From a virus (Duplodnaviria; Heunggongvirae; Uroviricota; Caudoviricetes): a stretch of DNA of 64,000 nucleotides. Below, piece by piece: positions 1 through 9,595 of the stretch; the stretch's first letter is position 1; each line of letters begins with the position of its first letter. The notes below the pieces were generated by a model that saw only the letters and a program-made list of their open reading frames with translations, made no database searches and was not told where the DNA came from. The stretch lies in IMG/VR virus record IMGVR_UViG_3300039159_000198. One strand, given 5' to 3'. Both the position numbers and the translations under genes were made by a program.

Positions 1-534
1 CGGATTATCTTGATTTGGTGTGGACATAATTTTTAAAGTATTTCTTGATGTTAAAATCAACCATACCCACCCGGACCCAAAACGTTCTTTGGCTATTTTT
101 TCAAATTCTTTTTTGAATGACGGAAAACTACCATATTCTTTTGTAATTTTTTTTAAAAGTTCTCCTTTTAATTTTGTTAGGTTTGGTGATAACATATTCC
201 AAAATAACGCGTGGTTAAACGCTCCTCCGGCATTGTTTCTTATTGTTTTATCAAAACGACTTATTGTTTTGATAATTTGTTCTAATTCTAAATCCCCGTA
301 TTTTTTCTTTGAAAGAGCATCATTTAATTTATCCACGTAACCCTTGTAATGTTTGTTGTAGTGAAATCCCATCGTTTCGGGGTCGATGAATTGTTTCAGG
401 GATGAATAGGAGTAAGGTAATTTTTCTATTCCTATTTTTTTCATTTCGGTAATCAACAAGTTTTTTTCCTTAAGTACGTGTCTTTCAAGGATTTTAAATT
501 CTAACTGTTGAATTTTTTCTTCTATTTTTTTCAT
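1..534 (-). CDS. sod: Mn/Fe superoxide dismutase (3' end runs off the window), with a ~30 aa N-terminal extension
   Basis: Hand translation of the minus strand from ATG 534: MKKIEEKIQQLEFKILERHVLKEKNLLITEMKKIGIEKLPYSYSSLKQFIDPETMGFHYNKHYKGYV...NNAGGAFNHALFW...FGSGWVWL...STPNQDNP. These are Fe/Mn-SOD signature motifs; NNAGG and NQD favour the Mn type. Absent from the ORF track because there is no stop in the window. Alternative start at 444. Confidence 0.93.
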   Translation of the reverse strand, partial: MKKIEEKIQQLEFKILERHVLKEKNLLITEMKKIGIEKLPYSYSSLKQFIDPETMGFHYNKHYKGYVDKLNDALSKKKYGDLELEQIIKTISRFDKTIRNNAGGAFNHALFWNMLSPNLTKLKGELLKKITKEYGSFPSFKKEFEKIAKERFGSGWVWLILTSRNTLKIMSTPNQDNP

Positions 535-576
535 AAATTTGGATTATCCATTACATATAAATAATCTAAAAATTGT

Positions 577-2328
577 TTAACGACGCATTTGATTTATTCT
601 TTCCATTATTTCACCTGCGGTATCTGCAGAATTCATATTATCGCCCATTACAGTTGCGATAACTTGTTTCTTTGCATTAACAATATCGTAGATAATTCCT
701 TCTATAGTATTTTCAAAAATAGGGTAATAAACCAGCACATTGTTTTTTTGTCCGTATCTATATGCTCGGTCCTCAGATTGTGCGTGGTCTGATGGTAAAA
801 ACGATAAATCATTAAAGATTACCGCTTCTGCTGATGTTAGAGTAATACCAACTCCGGCAGCTTTAATATTACCAACAAAAACTTTTATCTTGTCATTTTC
901 TTGGAATTGGTCAACACTAAATTGTCTTTCATGTTTAGACATTGACCCATCTAATTTAACAGCAATTTTACCAAAATGTTCTGTTATTTTATTTAACGAA
1001 TCTGTAAAATTACAAAAAATAATTACCTTTTTGTCTTGTTCAATAATATTTTCGGCAATTTCAATTGTTTGTGTTATTTTTTCATCCGCAATTATTTGAC
1101 GAATTTTTGTGAGTTTGGTGAATTGAACTGTAAGTGATTTTGATTCTTCCGGATTTTTTTCATACCAATTATAATAATCTCCCATAACTTCTTCATACAT
1201 TTTAGATTTTAATCTTAAATAAACAGGTGTTATAATTTTATCGGGTAAATCCAAAACATTTTCTTTTAATCTCCTTAAAGTTAAACCGGCAGTTCTATCT
1301 CTCAATTCTTCAAGATTTGATGCTCCTTGAACATTCCAAATTTTTCTTGGACCAACCTTGAATTGAAACCCAGCGCAATAACGAATTGCGTATGCCATCC
1401 AGTTCTTGGCTACGGGAGAATCAATTAAACTTAATAAATTAAAATAATCAATTGGTCGAGAAGTCATTGGAGTACCCGTTAATAACCATAATCTATCAAC
1501 ACTTTTTGTAATATCATTGATAAGTTTTGTCCTTTGAGCCTGAGCATTTTTAATATAGTGGGCTTCGTCAATAATAATTAAATCAAATTTTGACATTAAA
1601 ATTAACGAATCATCTTTCTTTTTTGGGTCATGAAAGTTTTTCATTATATCATAATTAACAATAACAAAATCATCTTCGGTACTAAAATGTTTACCCTCTG
1701 AGATATAAATTGACTTATTAGAATAGTTCTCAATTTCTCTCTTCCAATTTATTTTAAGTGTTGCCGGACAAATAATTAATACTTTTTTTATCCCTGTTTC
1801 TAAAGCCGCGATGATTGTTGAAGTTGTCTTACCCAAACCCATATCATCGGCAAGGATAAACTTTTTATTCTCAACTAATTTTTGGATTGCTTCTTTTTGG
1901 TGGTCTAATGGAGGTCGGTTAGAATATTTTGAATAATCAATAACAACATCTTTAACTGTATTATCTTTAATGATTGCCGCTTTTGGTAACCAAAAATGAT
2001 GTAATTCCTCATTCTCAAATACTTTACCCCAAATATGAAACGCTTTTTCTTTATCCGATAATAACTTTTCTACCCATATTTTTTGAGGTATTTCTGTGTA
2101 TAGTTTATCGTCTGCGAGTTTCTGTGCGAAATACGCATCGAGAATTACCCACTTCTTCGCAACCTTTGGTTGTTTATCGTGATTATTAATTATGTACTCA
2201 GATTGACTCCTTGTTGGATAAAACTTTCGGTTTAATTGTGATTTACGTTTTAACTCAATTATGAAATTATTACCACCTTCGTAGGTCTCCAATAACGATA
2301 ATGCTTTTGATTCTAAACTTACATTCAT
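577..2328 (-). CDS. SNF2/SWI2-family (SF2) helicase/translocase
   Basis: LADDMGLGKT Walker A, IIDEAH Walker B, LLTGTP motif III, GVGITLT and QSEDRAYRYGQ motifs V/VI. Confidence 0.93.
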   Translation of the reverse strand: MNVSLESKALSLLETYEGGNNFIIELKRKSQLNRKFYPTRSQSEYIINNHDKQPKVAKKWVILDAYFAQKLADDKLYTEIPQKIWVEKLLSDKEKAFHIWGKVFENEELHHFWLPKAAIIKDNTVKDVVIDYSKYSNRPPLDHQKEAIQKLVENKKFILADDMGLGKTTSTIIAALETGIKKVLIICPATLKINWKREIENYSNKSIYISEGKHFSTEDDFVIVNYDIMKNFHDPKKKDDSLILMSKFDLIIIDEAHYIKNAQAQRTKLINDITKSVDRLWLLTGTPMTSRPIDYFNLLSLIDSPVAKNWMAYAIRYCAGFQFKVGPRKIWNVQGASNLEELRDRTAGLTLRRLKENVLDLPDKIITPVYLRLKSKMYEEVMGDYYNWYEKNPEESKSLTVQFTKLTKIRQIIADEKITQTIEIAENIIEQDKKVIIFCNFTDSLNKITEHFGKIAVKLDGSMSKHERQFSVDQFQENDKIKVFVGNIKAAGVGITLTSAEAVIFNDLSFLPSDHAQSEDRAYRYGQKNNVLVYYPIFENTIEGIIYDIVNAKKQVIATVMGDNMNSADTAGEIMERINQMRR

Positions 2329-2383
2329 CTATTCAAAAAATATTTTAATTAAATATAGTTAATATTGAGGTATTTATCAATAT

Positions 2384-3055
2384 ATGGAAGAATTAATGAT
2401 AATTACAAAAGATGGTAAATCTTTTAGAGTTTGTCGTAAATGTGAAAAGGAGTTAGAGATTTCTTTTTTTGATAAATGTAATAAGACAAAATGTGGTGTT
2501 AGGTCAATTTGTAAAAATTGTCGTAAGATACAAAATATGGAAAATTCGGAAATATTACAAATTAAAAGAAAAGAATTTTATAAATCTAATAAAGAGAAAG
2601 TATTAAAAAACGCTAAAAATTATAGAATTATTAATAAAGAAAAAGTTTTATTAGCTGCAAAAAAATATAGAGAAGAGAATAAAGAAAAAATTGCTATATC
2701 AAAAAGACTTTCAACAAAGAAAAGATACAATAATGACGGATTTTTTAGGGTGACAACTCAATTAAGAAAATATGTAAGAAGATATTTTGATATTAAAACA
2801 AACTCAAGGGGTACTATGGATGTCATTGGGTGTTCACCTAAAGAATTAAAAGTTAAAATAGAGTCTCAATTTGAAGATTGGATGTGTTGGGATAATTATG
2901 GGTATGGGGAAAATAAATGGGTTATTGACCATATAATACCTTTATCATCAACAACAATTGAAGAATTACACAAATTATGTCATTATTCGAATTTACGACC
3001 TTTATGTTGGAGAGAAAATATGATAAAAGGTAATAAAATAATAAATAACAAATAA
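2384..3055 (+). CDS. Free-standing HNH homing endonuclease with N-terminal CxxC zinc finger
   Basis: CRKC...CKNC, basic coiled linker, C-terminal WVIDHIIPLSS...CHYSNLRPL...ENMIKGN HNH motif. Confidence 0.85.
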   Translation: MEELMIITKDGKSFRVCRKCEKELEISFFDKCNKTKCGVRSICKNCRKIQNMENSEILQIKRKEFYKSNKEKVLKNAKNYRIINKEKVLLAAKKYREENKEKIAISKRLSTKKRYNNDGFFRVTTQLRKYVRRYFDIKTNSRGTMDVIGCSPKELKVKIESQFEDWMCWDNYGYGENKWVIDHIIPLSSTTIEELHKLCHYSNLRPLCWRENMIKGNKIINNK

Positions 3056-3056
3056 T

Positions 3057-3569
3057 ATGCAAAAATTAGTTCCAATAACAAGACTTGGTAAATTCTTCTC
3101 TGAAGAAGATTTTTTTTTAGATGTGTCGATGGGAAAAGAATGGCTTGAGGCAGATATGAACTTTACCGTAATCCTTTACCGTGTTGACCGATATAAAACT
3201 AACGTTGATAATGTATATGGTGAGGTTAGCACCGATGGTATCCAATTTATGGCACCAATTGAATTACAAGGATTAGTTCAAATTATGGCGCCAAGTAATA
3301 AATTATTGGGTGGTTCTAAGATTAAACAAAATGAACCGGGTAATATGAAATTTTCAATATATCAAAAAACTCTTGATGATATGGATGTTAATATATTTGC
3401 AGGAGATTATATTGGATATTACGAAACAGAAAGTAAAGTTAGGTATTATACGGTAGTTGATGATGGACTTGTTGTTTCAGATAACCGCCATTCCTACGCT
3501 GGTTATAAACCATTTTATCGTACTATAATTGCGACATATGTAAGTGAAAACGAATTTAGAGGAATATAA
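3057..3569 (+). CDS. Putative neck/head-closure protein
   Basis: NVYGE motif, GD.I.Y...YY.V beta-rich pattern and position upstream of tail completion/sheath genes; inference. Confidence 0.5.
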   Translation: MQKLVPITRLGKFFSEEDFFLDVSMGKEWLEADMNFTVILYRVDRYKTNVDNVYGEVSTDGIQFMAPIELQGLVQIMAPSNKLLGGSKIKQNEPGNMKFSIYQKTLDDMDVNIFAGDYIGYYETESKVRYYTVVDDGLVVSDNRHSYAGYKPFYRTIIATYVSENEFRGI

Positions 3570-4180
3570 TGAAATACGTAATAACAGAATCTCAGTACAA
3601 AAAATTACAGGAACAACGTGTTAAGGGAGAAGAAGTTACTCCCGGAAAATACGTTGTCCATTCTTCTAATCCATCTAATAGAGACAGTATTAGAGATTAT
3701 GGTATCAGAGCTGTATTGGGTGAGTGTTATATGATTTACGCAGATAGTAATTATGGTGAAGATGACGAATGTGTTCCTGCCGTGTTTGCAACAGATAGTG
3801 TAAAGAAAAAAGATATGTTTGATTCAACTTATGATGATGATATATGGGTGATTGATACTGAAAGAGCCAATGTACAATGGTACAAAGACGCCCATTTTGA
3901 TGGTGGTGATACTAAACATATTGTTACCTTTGAGGATATTCCAGTTGATTCCATTAGATTAATACATAAAGGAACAGGATTAGATACTTGGAATCATTAT
4001 AATAATGAAGAAGAATTAACATTAAGTGAAATGATTAAATTGGATATTAAAGTTGGTGATACAATAATGGGGGGTAAATTTAAGAATAAAAAAATTATTG
4101 TTAAAACTATCGATAAAAACGAAAAGGGTGATATTACAATTAATGGGAAACCTTTATTAAGATTTAGAATTATTAAATGA
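3569..4180 (+). CDS. Putative virion internal protein with an ADP-ribosyltransferase/Tpt1-like domain and a small basic C-terminal domain
   Basis: N-terminal MKYVITESQ leader; VVHSS...NRDSIRDYGI, AVFAT, IWVID and EDIP pattern resembling ART/KptA-like folds; second domain after LTLSE. Confidence 0.45.
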   Translation: MKYVITESQYKKLQEQRVKGEEVTPGKYVVHSSNPSNRDSIRDYGIRAVLGECYMIYADSNYGEDDECVPAVFATDSVKKKDMFDSTYDDDIWVIDTERANVQWYKDAHFDGGDTKHIVTFEDIPVDSIRLIHKGTGLDTWNHYNNEEELTLSEMIKLDIKVGDTIMGGKFKNKKIIVKTIDKNEKGDITINGKPLLRFRIIK

Positions 4181-4572
4181 TGAAATACATAATAAAAGAA
4201 AGTAAGTTAAATAACTTTATTACAGAATATATCGATGGATTATATGATGTTGATGATATTGATTGGGATTATGGTCGTGGTGCAGATGATGACGGTTTTG
4301 AAGATAGGGATATTGAAAATGAAGATTTTTTATTTTTTTATACAGGTGATTGGGAAGGTGAGGATGGAGATAATGTTATTTTTAATTATTTCAGTAAAGA
4401 ATACTATAGTAATGATAGTTCCCCTTTTAAAGATAACGCACCAATTTTAGCTATTAAAGATGGTGATTATGATAGGTTTAATACTATGTTCAATGACTTT
4501 TGGAAAGAGCCAATGAAACAATGGTTTGAAAAAAACTTTAACTTACCTGTGAATACGATATCAAACGATTAA
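4177..4572 (+). CDS. Acidic hypothetical protein with MKYIIKES leader
   Basis: Overlaps the previous stop (ATGA); shared leader; C-terminal WFEKNFNLPV. Confidence 0.7.
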   Translation: MMKYIIKESKLNNFITEYIDGLYDVDDIDWDYGRGADDDGFEDRDIENEDFLFFYTGDWEGEDGDNVIFNYFSKEYYSNDSSPFKDNAPILAIKDGDYDRFNTMFNDFWKEPMKQWFEKNFNLPVNTISND

Positions 4573-4574
4573 TT

Positions 4575-5024
4575 ATGAAAATATTAGTAAAGGAATCTCA
4601 ATTAAGGAGAAAATTTGAAATCGTTACCAAAGATAATTTGGAAGATGATTATATTGGTAAAAAAGTTATGGTGTATTATAATTTACATAAACATACTTTT
4701 TCGGTAAGATACAATAATAAAGTAGTTCTTAATGCCGATTATGTTAAATTAGGTGATGTAGAGTTTAGAGTTAGACCGGGAGGAAAAGATAGAGTTCGTT
4801 TAGAAAAACAAAAAAATGTCCACTCCTTTGTTATTGGAAATCTAATTGATTATTGTAGTTACCCTTGTAGTGAAATACCAAGTGAACCTAATAATAACAT
4901 TGTTACCTATCATCCGTATAAATACGATAGTTATGTTATGAAAAATACTGAGGAACCGACATACCGAGCAACTGAAGTTGATTTGATAAATTCAAAGAAT
5001 AAACTATTTGTAGTTAAAAACTAA
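4575..5024 (+). CDS. Conserved phage hypothetical protein (VYYNLHK motif) with MKILVKESQ leader
   Basis: Tightly packed in operon; V-Y-x-N-L-H-K...F-S-V and Y-x-P-Y-K motifs seen in phage proteins of unknown function. Confidence 0.7.
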   Translation: MKILVKESQLRRKFEIVTKDNLEDDYIGKKVMVYYNLHKHTFSVRYNNKVVLNADYVKLGDVEFRVRPGGKDRVRLEKQKNVHSFVIGNLIDYCSYPCSEIPSEPNNNIVTYHPYKYDSYVMKNTEEPTYRATEVDLINSKNKLFVVKN

Positions 5025-5025
5025 T

Positions 5026-6063
5026 ATGCCATTACCAAAGAAAGTTATACCAACATTACCTTTAGTCCCACAGAAGACATTGTCTGCTCGTAGGGAACAA
5101 TTATTAGAATACATAAATGAAGGAGGGACATACCTACCTAAATCTGTATTACACGCAGACTTAGACCGAGGCATGTTAGATTTTGTTAAGAATGATTTAG
5201 AAGTCACTGTTGGTGGTAGTATTATTCCAATGGTAGATAGGATAATCACAACACAAAATTGGTCTCAATATGTTGAAACTGCCTTATTTGTTGATTTGGA
5301 CTATAACCCATCCCCGCCCTTTATCACAGTAGTTAGAAGTCCCGAAGTTAAATTTGGTACTAATCCATCGTTACAATATACAATTCCTGATAGAAAACAA
5401 TTTTATTATGCATCAGTTCCAACTTGGGACGGAAATGTACAAGGAATGGACATTTACACCATACCTCAACCAATACCGGTAGATATTAATTATAGTGTGA
5501 AAATTATTTGTAATAGAATGAGAGAACTCAATCAGTTGAATCTTATTGTTATGCAGAAATTCTCATCGAAACAGGCATACACATTTATTAAAGGTCAATA
5601 TGTTCCAATTGTTTTAAACAATATTTCAGATGAATCACAAATGAGTTTGGACTCAAGAAAGTATTATGTTCAAAATTATGACTTCACTATGTTGGGTTAT
5701 TTGATTGACGAAGAAGAGTTTGAAGTTAAACCGGCGATTGCCCGTGTCACCCAACTTATGGAATTATCCGGAGGGATAAACAAAAAAAGAGATAAAAATT
5801 TAAACAACCCAAATGAATTTTTAGAAAATTATTTGTTCGTTGTTGGTAATGATACTTTGAGTGATGTTGTTGGTTATACTGCAAATCTTTCGTTTGGTAC
5901 TTGGTCTAATGTTGATACCTACGATGTTTATATTAATGGTGATTATTTTGGTACTGATGTTCAAAATATACAGATAACAACTAACGATATTTTACGTATT
6001 GATGTTGTTAAAACTGACGATAATGAAGATGCCACAATACAATTTGTTAATTTATTAGTTTAA
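5026..6063 (+). CDS. Putative tail completion / sheath terminator (gp15-like) protein
   Basis: IPQPIPVDINYSVKI..MRELNQL pattern typical of tail-terminator folds; directly upstream of the sheath gene. Confidence 0.55.
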   Translation: MPLPKKVIPTLPLVPQKTLSARREQLLEYINEGGTYLPKSVLHADLDRGMLDFVKNDLEVTVGGSIIPMVDRIITTQNWSQYVETALFVDLDYNPSPPFITVVRSPEVKFGTNPSLQYTIPDRKQFYYASVPTWDGNVQGMDIYTIPQPIPVDINYSVKIICNRMRELNQLNLIVMQKFSSKQAYTFIKGQYVPIVLNNISDESQMSLDSRKYYVQNYDFTMLGYLIDEEEFEVKPAIARVTQLMELSGGINKKRDKNLNNPNEFLENYLFVVGNDTLSDVVGYTANLSFGTWSNVDTYDVYINGDYFGTDVQNIQITTNDILRIDVVKTDDNEDATIQFVNLLV

Positions 6064-6221
6064 TTCTCACCGTAAATATCTTTCTTCTCTTTACAGGTAT
6101 CCTCAATTAATTTTTCTAAAAACTTATAAATTTTTAATCCTCGTTTTTCACAGTACTTTTTTAGTACGTCGTGGATGGCGGGGTCAATTTTAATATTCTT
6201 AATTTCTTTTGTTTGTTTCAT
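6060..6221 (-). CDS. Small ribbon-helix-helix-like DNA-binding protein (53 aa; not in ORF track)
   Basis: Hand translation MKQTKEIKNIKIDPAIHDVLKKYCEKRGLKIYKFLEKLIEDTCKEKKDIYGEN*: alternating beta strand KNIKID, helix, G turn, helix. Fills the intergenic gap exactly. Confidence 0.75.
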   Translation of the reverse strand: MKQTKEIKNIKIDPAIHDVLKKYCEKRGLKIYKFLEKLIEDTCKEKKDIYGEN

Positions 6222-6300
6222 AGGTAGAAAAAAGGTAGAATTTATTCATACTCTTTACAAATACATATTCAAAAGTAAAGTTTTTTGTTATTCTATTGAA

Positions 6301-6307
6301 TATTTAT
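6301..6307 (+). promoter_or_regulatory. TATTTAT candidate late promoter (representative copy, upstream of the sheath)
   Basis: Same motif 4-33 nt upstream of starts at 557(-), 2371, 10690, 11259, 13822, 15696, 27992, 31054, 38715, 41197, 43623, 52011, 59050 and 59422. Confidence 0.65.
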
Positions 6308-6340
6308 CTATAAATAAATCTACAATAGAATAATTAAATA

Positions 6341-9300
6341 ATGGCAACAGCACAAGCAAATCAAAAAGTCTTCGTTTCACCGGGAGTTTATACTTCAGAA
6401 ACCGACTTATCATTCGTGGCACAAAGTGTAGGTGTTACTACATTAGGATTAGTTGGTGAGACTTTAAAAGGTCCAGCCTTTGAACCGGTGTTTATAACAA
6501 ACTATAACGAATTCCAATCATTTTTTGGTGGTACAGAACCAACAAAATTTATCAATACACAAATTCCTAAATATGAAGCGTCATATATCGCTAAATCTTA
6601 CTTACAACAATCAAATCAATTGTTTGTTACAAGAATCTTAGGTTTATCAGGATACGATGCGGGACCATCTTGGAGTATTAGAGTTACGGCTAACGTCGAC
6701 CCTACCACAGTAATTCAAAGTCCAACAGGAGCAACTTCATGGTCTGTTTCATTTACAGGTTCAACAAGTGCGGGTACGGTTAATTTTGTAAGTGGTTCAT
6801 TCCCAACTGTAGTTCAAGCAAATTTTAATACACAATATAGACTTTCAGATGGTAGTACTTCTACATACAACAACGATATTACAACAAGTATTCTAAATGT
6901 TGTTGGTGACCCAACATTATCGGCAACTACAGCAGTTGCTTACGGACCGATTCCTGAAGGAGATTATTGGTCATTAATTAATCAGTATGGAAGTATTGTA
7001 AACGCTTATGGTGTTGATAATACTAATTTAGTGTTAAATGATTTAGAGGCGGGTAGTAATGATTCTTGGTTTTATGCGAACTTTAATAACTTTACGGGTA
7101 ATTCTTATTCAGGATATTCTTTTGATTATGTATTTGACTCTATTGTTACTGGTATGACTGATGATTTTTCGGGTAGTATATCGGGTGAGTATTATCATTT
7201 CATAGGTACTGCTTATACTGAATATAATAATATGGTTGTCGCAACACTTCGTTCAAGAGGTATTTCATTATACACTAATTCCTCAACGAGTGATAATCAC
7301 GGACCAATTTATGAAGTAAATGATGAAAATAATGTAATAATATTAAATACGGACCAATATGCTAGTATAGATAAGAATCCTTATACTGCGTTTGGTTTAT
7401 CGGGTATAACTAAAGATGGGGATAATTTTACATTTGAAACTAATCTATCTGCATCGTCTTCTAAATTTATTACTAAAGTTTTAGGTGTCGATAATTTTGG
7501 AAAATCAAGAAATGAAGTTCCATTGTTTGTTGAAGAGATTTACCCTGCGTCATTAGCATATGCGTATAACCAAGGATATATTAAAGGTATTAATCCTGAA
7601 TTAGTTGCATTACCTGAAGCAAGAACTCAAAATCCTTCCTCTATTGCGTATAGTGTTGGTCAATATCAATCACCAAGTACTCCTTATTTAGTATCTGAAT
7701 TAAGAGGTAATAAAGTATTTAAATTATTTAAATTTATATCAATCTCCGATGGAGATGCTGCGAATGTTGAGGTTAAAGTTTCTATTGCAAACCTATCGTT
7801 TAACAATATGACGTTTGATGTATTAGTAAGAAATTTCTTTGATACTGATACTAATCCTGTTGTTATTGAGAAATTTACAAATTGTAATATGGACCCTAAT
7901 TCTAATAACTTTGTGGCTAAGAAACTTGGTACTGCAAATGGGGAATACGCATTATTATCTAAATATGTAATGGTTGAATTAGCGGACGAAGCACCAATTG
8001 ATGCAATTCCTTGTGGATTTGAAGGTTATACTCAAAGAGAATATGATACAGTATTAAACCCATCACCGGTTCCAAAATTTAAAACAAAATATTTCTTTCC
8101 GGGAGAAACAATTTCTGACCCACCATTTGGAGCAGCATCGGGAGGTTCAAATCTTGTGGAATCTCCGGGAGATGTTGTTAGAAGAACTTATTTAGGTTTC
8201 TCAACACAATATGGTATTGACGAATCGTTCTTGTCTTATAAAGGTAAACAAACTCCACAATCATGGGTTATTGCACCACAACCAATTGAAGGATTGAATT
8301 GGAATTATGTTAGTAAAGGTTTCCACATGGATTCAGGAGCAACGGTTGTTACAATTTCAAATAGTTCATTAACTAGTGGTCAAACCGCTTTTGAATGTGG
8401 TACCGCTGATTTTAGAAATGACCCTGAAACTCAAGAAAACCCATATTACTTTATATATTCAAGAAAATATACAGTATGTTTTGCTGGTGGATTTGACGGA
8501 TGGGATATCTATAGAGAATTTAGAACCAATCAAGATAGATTTCAATTAGGACAATCAGGATTTTTAGCGGGAGCGTCATCTTCTACAAGATACCCTAACG
8601 CTACAGGTAGTGGTTTATTCAAAAGAATTACTGTTGGAAACAATACTCAAGATTTTGCAAATACTGACTACTACGCTTACCTACTTGGTATTTTAACCTT
8701 CAGAAACCCTGAGGCAACCAACATTAATATTTTAGCAACATCTAGCATTGATTATGTGAATAACTCAAATCTTGTTGAAGAAACTATTGATATGGTTCAA
8801 TACCAAAGAGCGGACTCAGTGTATATTGCAACAACACCTGATTATAATATGTATACCCCGGATTCAACTAACTCTCAAGATATTATTTATCCTCAAGAAT
8901 CTGTTGATAATTTGGACAATACGGGAATTGACTCTAACTATACCGCAACATATTATCCTTGGATTTTAACAAGAGATACAGTAAATAATACACAAATTTA
9001 TTTACCTGCGACAGGTGAAGTTTGTAGAAACTTAGCATTAACCGATAACATCGCTTTCCCATGGTTCGCATCTGCGGGTTATACAAGAGGTCTTGTTAAT
9101 TCTGTTAAAGCAAGACTTAAACTAACTCAAGAAGATAGAGATACACTATATCAAGGTAGAATTAATCCAATTGCTACATTCTCGGATGTGGGTACAGTAA
9201 TTTGGGGTAATAAAACATTACAAGTTGCTGACACGGCACTTAACAGATTGAACGTAAGAAGATTATTACTTCAAGCTCGTAAGTTGATTTCAGCGGTGGC

Positions 9301-9553
9301 AGTAAGATTATTGTTTGAACAAAACGACCAAATCGTTAGACAACAATTCTTAGATAGTGTTAATCCAATCTTAGATTCAATTAGGAGAGATAGAGGTTTA
9401 TACGATTTCCGTGTAACAGTTTCATCTTTACCTGAAGACTTAGACCGAAATACATTAACAGGTAAAATTTACTTGAAACCTACGAAAGCATTGGAATTCA
9501 TTGACATTGAATTCTTCATTACCCCAACAGGAGCTTCGTTTGAGAATATTTAA
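6341..9553 (+). CDS. Contractile tail sheath protein
   Basis: N-terminal SPGVYTSETD, C-terminal PWFASAGYTRG, RDTLYQGRINPI, WGNKTL, LNVRRLL, LFEQND, KPTKALEFI. Confidence 0.96.
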   Translation: MATAQANQKVFVSPGVYTSETDLSFVAQSVGVTTLGLVGETLKGPAFEPVFITNYNEFQSFFGGTEPTKFINTQIPKYEASYIAKSYLQQSNQLFVTRILGLSGYDAGPSWSIRVTANVDPTTVIQSPTGATSWSVSFTGSTSAGTVNFVSGSFPTVVQANFNTQYRLSDGSTSTYNNDITTSILNVVGDPTLSATTAVAYGPIPEGDYWSLINQYGSIVNAYGVDNTNLVLNDLEAGSNDSWFYANFNNFTGNSYSGYSFDYVFDSIVTGMTDDFSGSISGEYYHFIGTAYTEYNNMVVATLRSRGISLYTNSSTSDNHGPIYEVNDENNVIILNTDQYASIDKNPYTAFGLSGITKDGDNFTFETNLSASSSKFITKVLGVDNFGKSRNEVPLFVEEIYPASLAYAYNQGYIKGINPELVALPEARTQNPSSIAYSVGQYQSPSTPYLVSELRGNKVFKLFKFISISDGDAANVEVKVSIANLSFNNMTFDVLVRNFFDTDTNPVVIEKFTNCNMDPNSNNFVAKKLGTANGEYALLSKYVMVELADEAPIDAIPCGFEGYTQREYDTVLNPSPVPKFKTKYFFPGETISDPPFGAASGGSNLVESPGDVVRRTYLGFSTQYGIDESFLSYKGKQTPQSWVIAPQPIEGLNWNYVSKGFHMDSGATVVTISNSSLTSGQTAFECGTADFRNDPETQENPYYFIYSRKYTVCFAGGFDGWDIYREFRTNQDRFQLGQSGFLAGASSSTRYPNATGSGLFKRITVGNNTQDFANTDYYAYLLGILTFRNPEATNINILATSSIDYVNNSNLVEETIDMVQYQRADSVYIATTPDYNMYTPDSTNSQDIIYPQESVDNLDNTGIDSNYTATYYPWILTRDTVNNTQIYLPATGEVCRNLALTDNIAFPWFASAGYTRGLVNSVKARLKLTQEDRDTLYQGRINPIATFSDVGTVIWGNKTLQVADTALNRLNVRRLLLQARKLISAVAVRLLFEQNDQIVRQQFLDSVNPILDSIRRDRGLYDFRVTVSSLPEDLDRNTLTGKIYLKPTKALEFIDIEFFITPTGASFENI

Positions 9554-9563
9554 TAAAAACCAT

Positions 9564-9587
9564 AAGTGGGGGTAACTCCCCACTTTT
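9564..9587 (+). terminator. Intrinsic terminator-like hairpin after the sheath gene
   Basis: AAGTGGGGG-TAAC-TCCCCACTT followed by a short T run. Confidence 0.6.
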
Positions 9588-9595
9588 AGCCAACT

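Noticed and set aside
20-340. 106 aa plus-strand ORF from the track
   Set aside because: Antisense shadow of the minus-strand SOD gene, which has clear family motifs.
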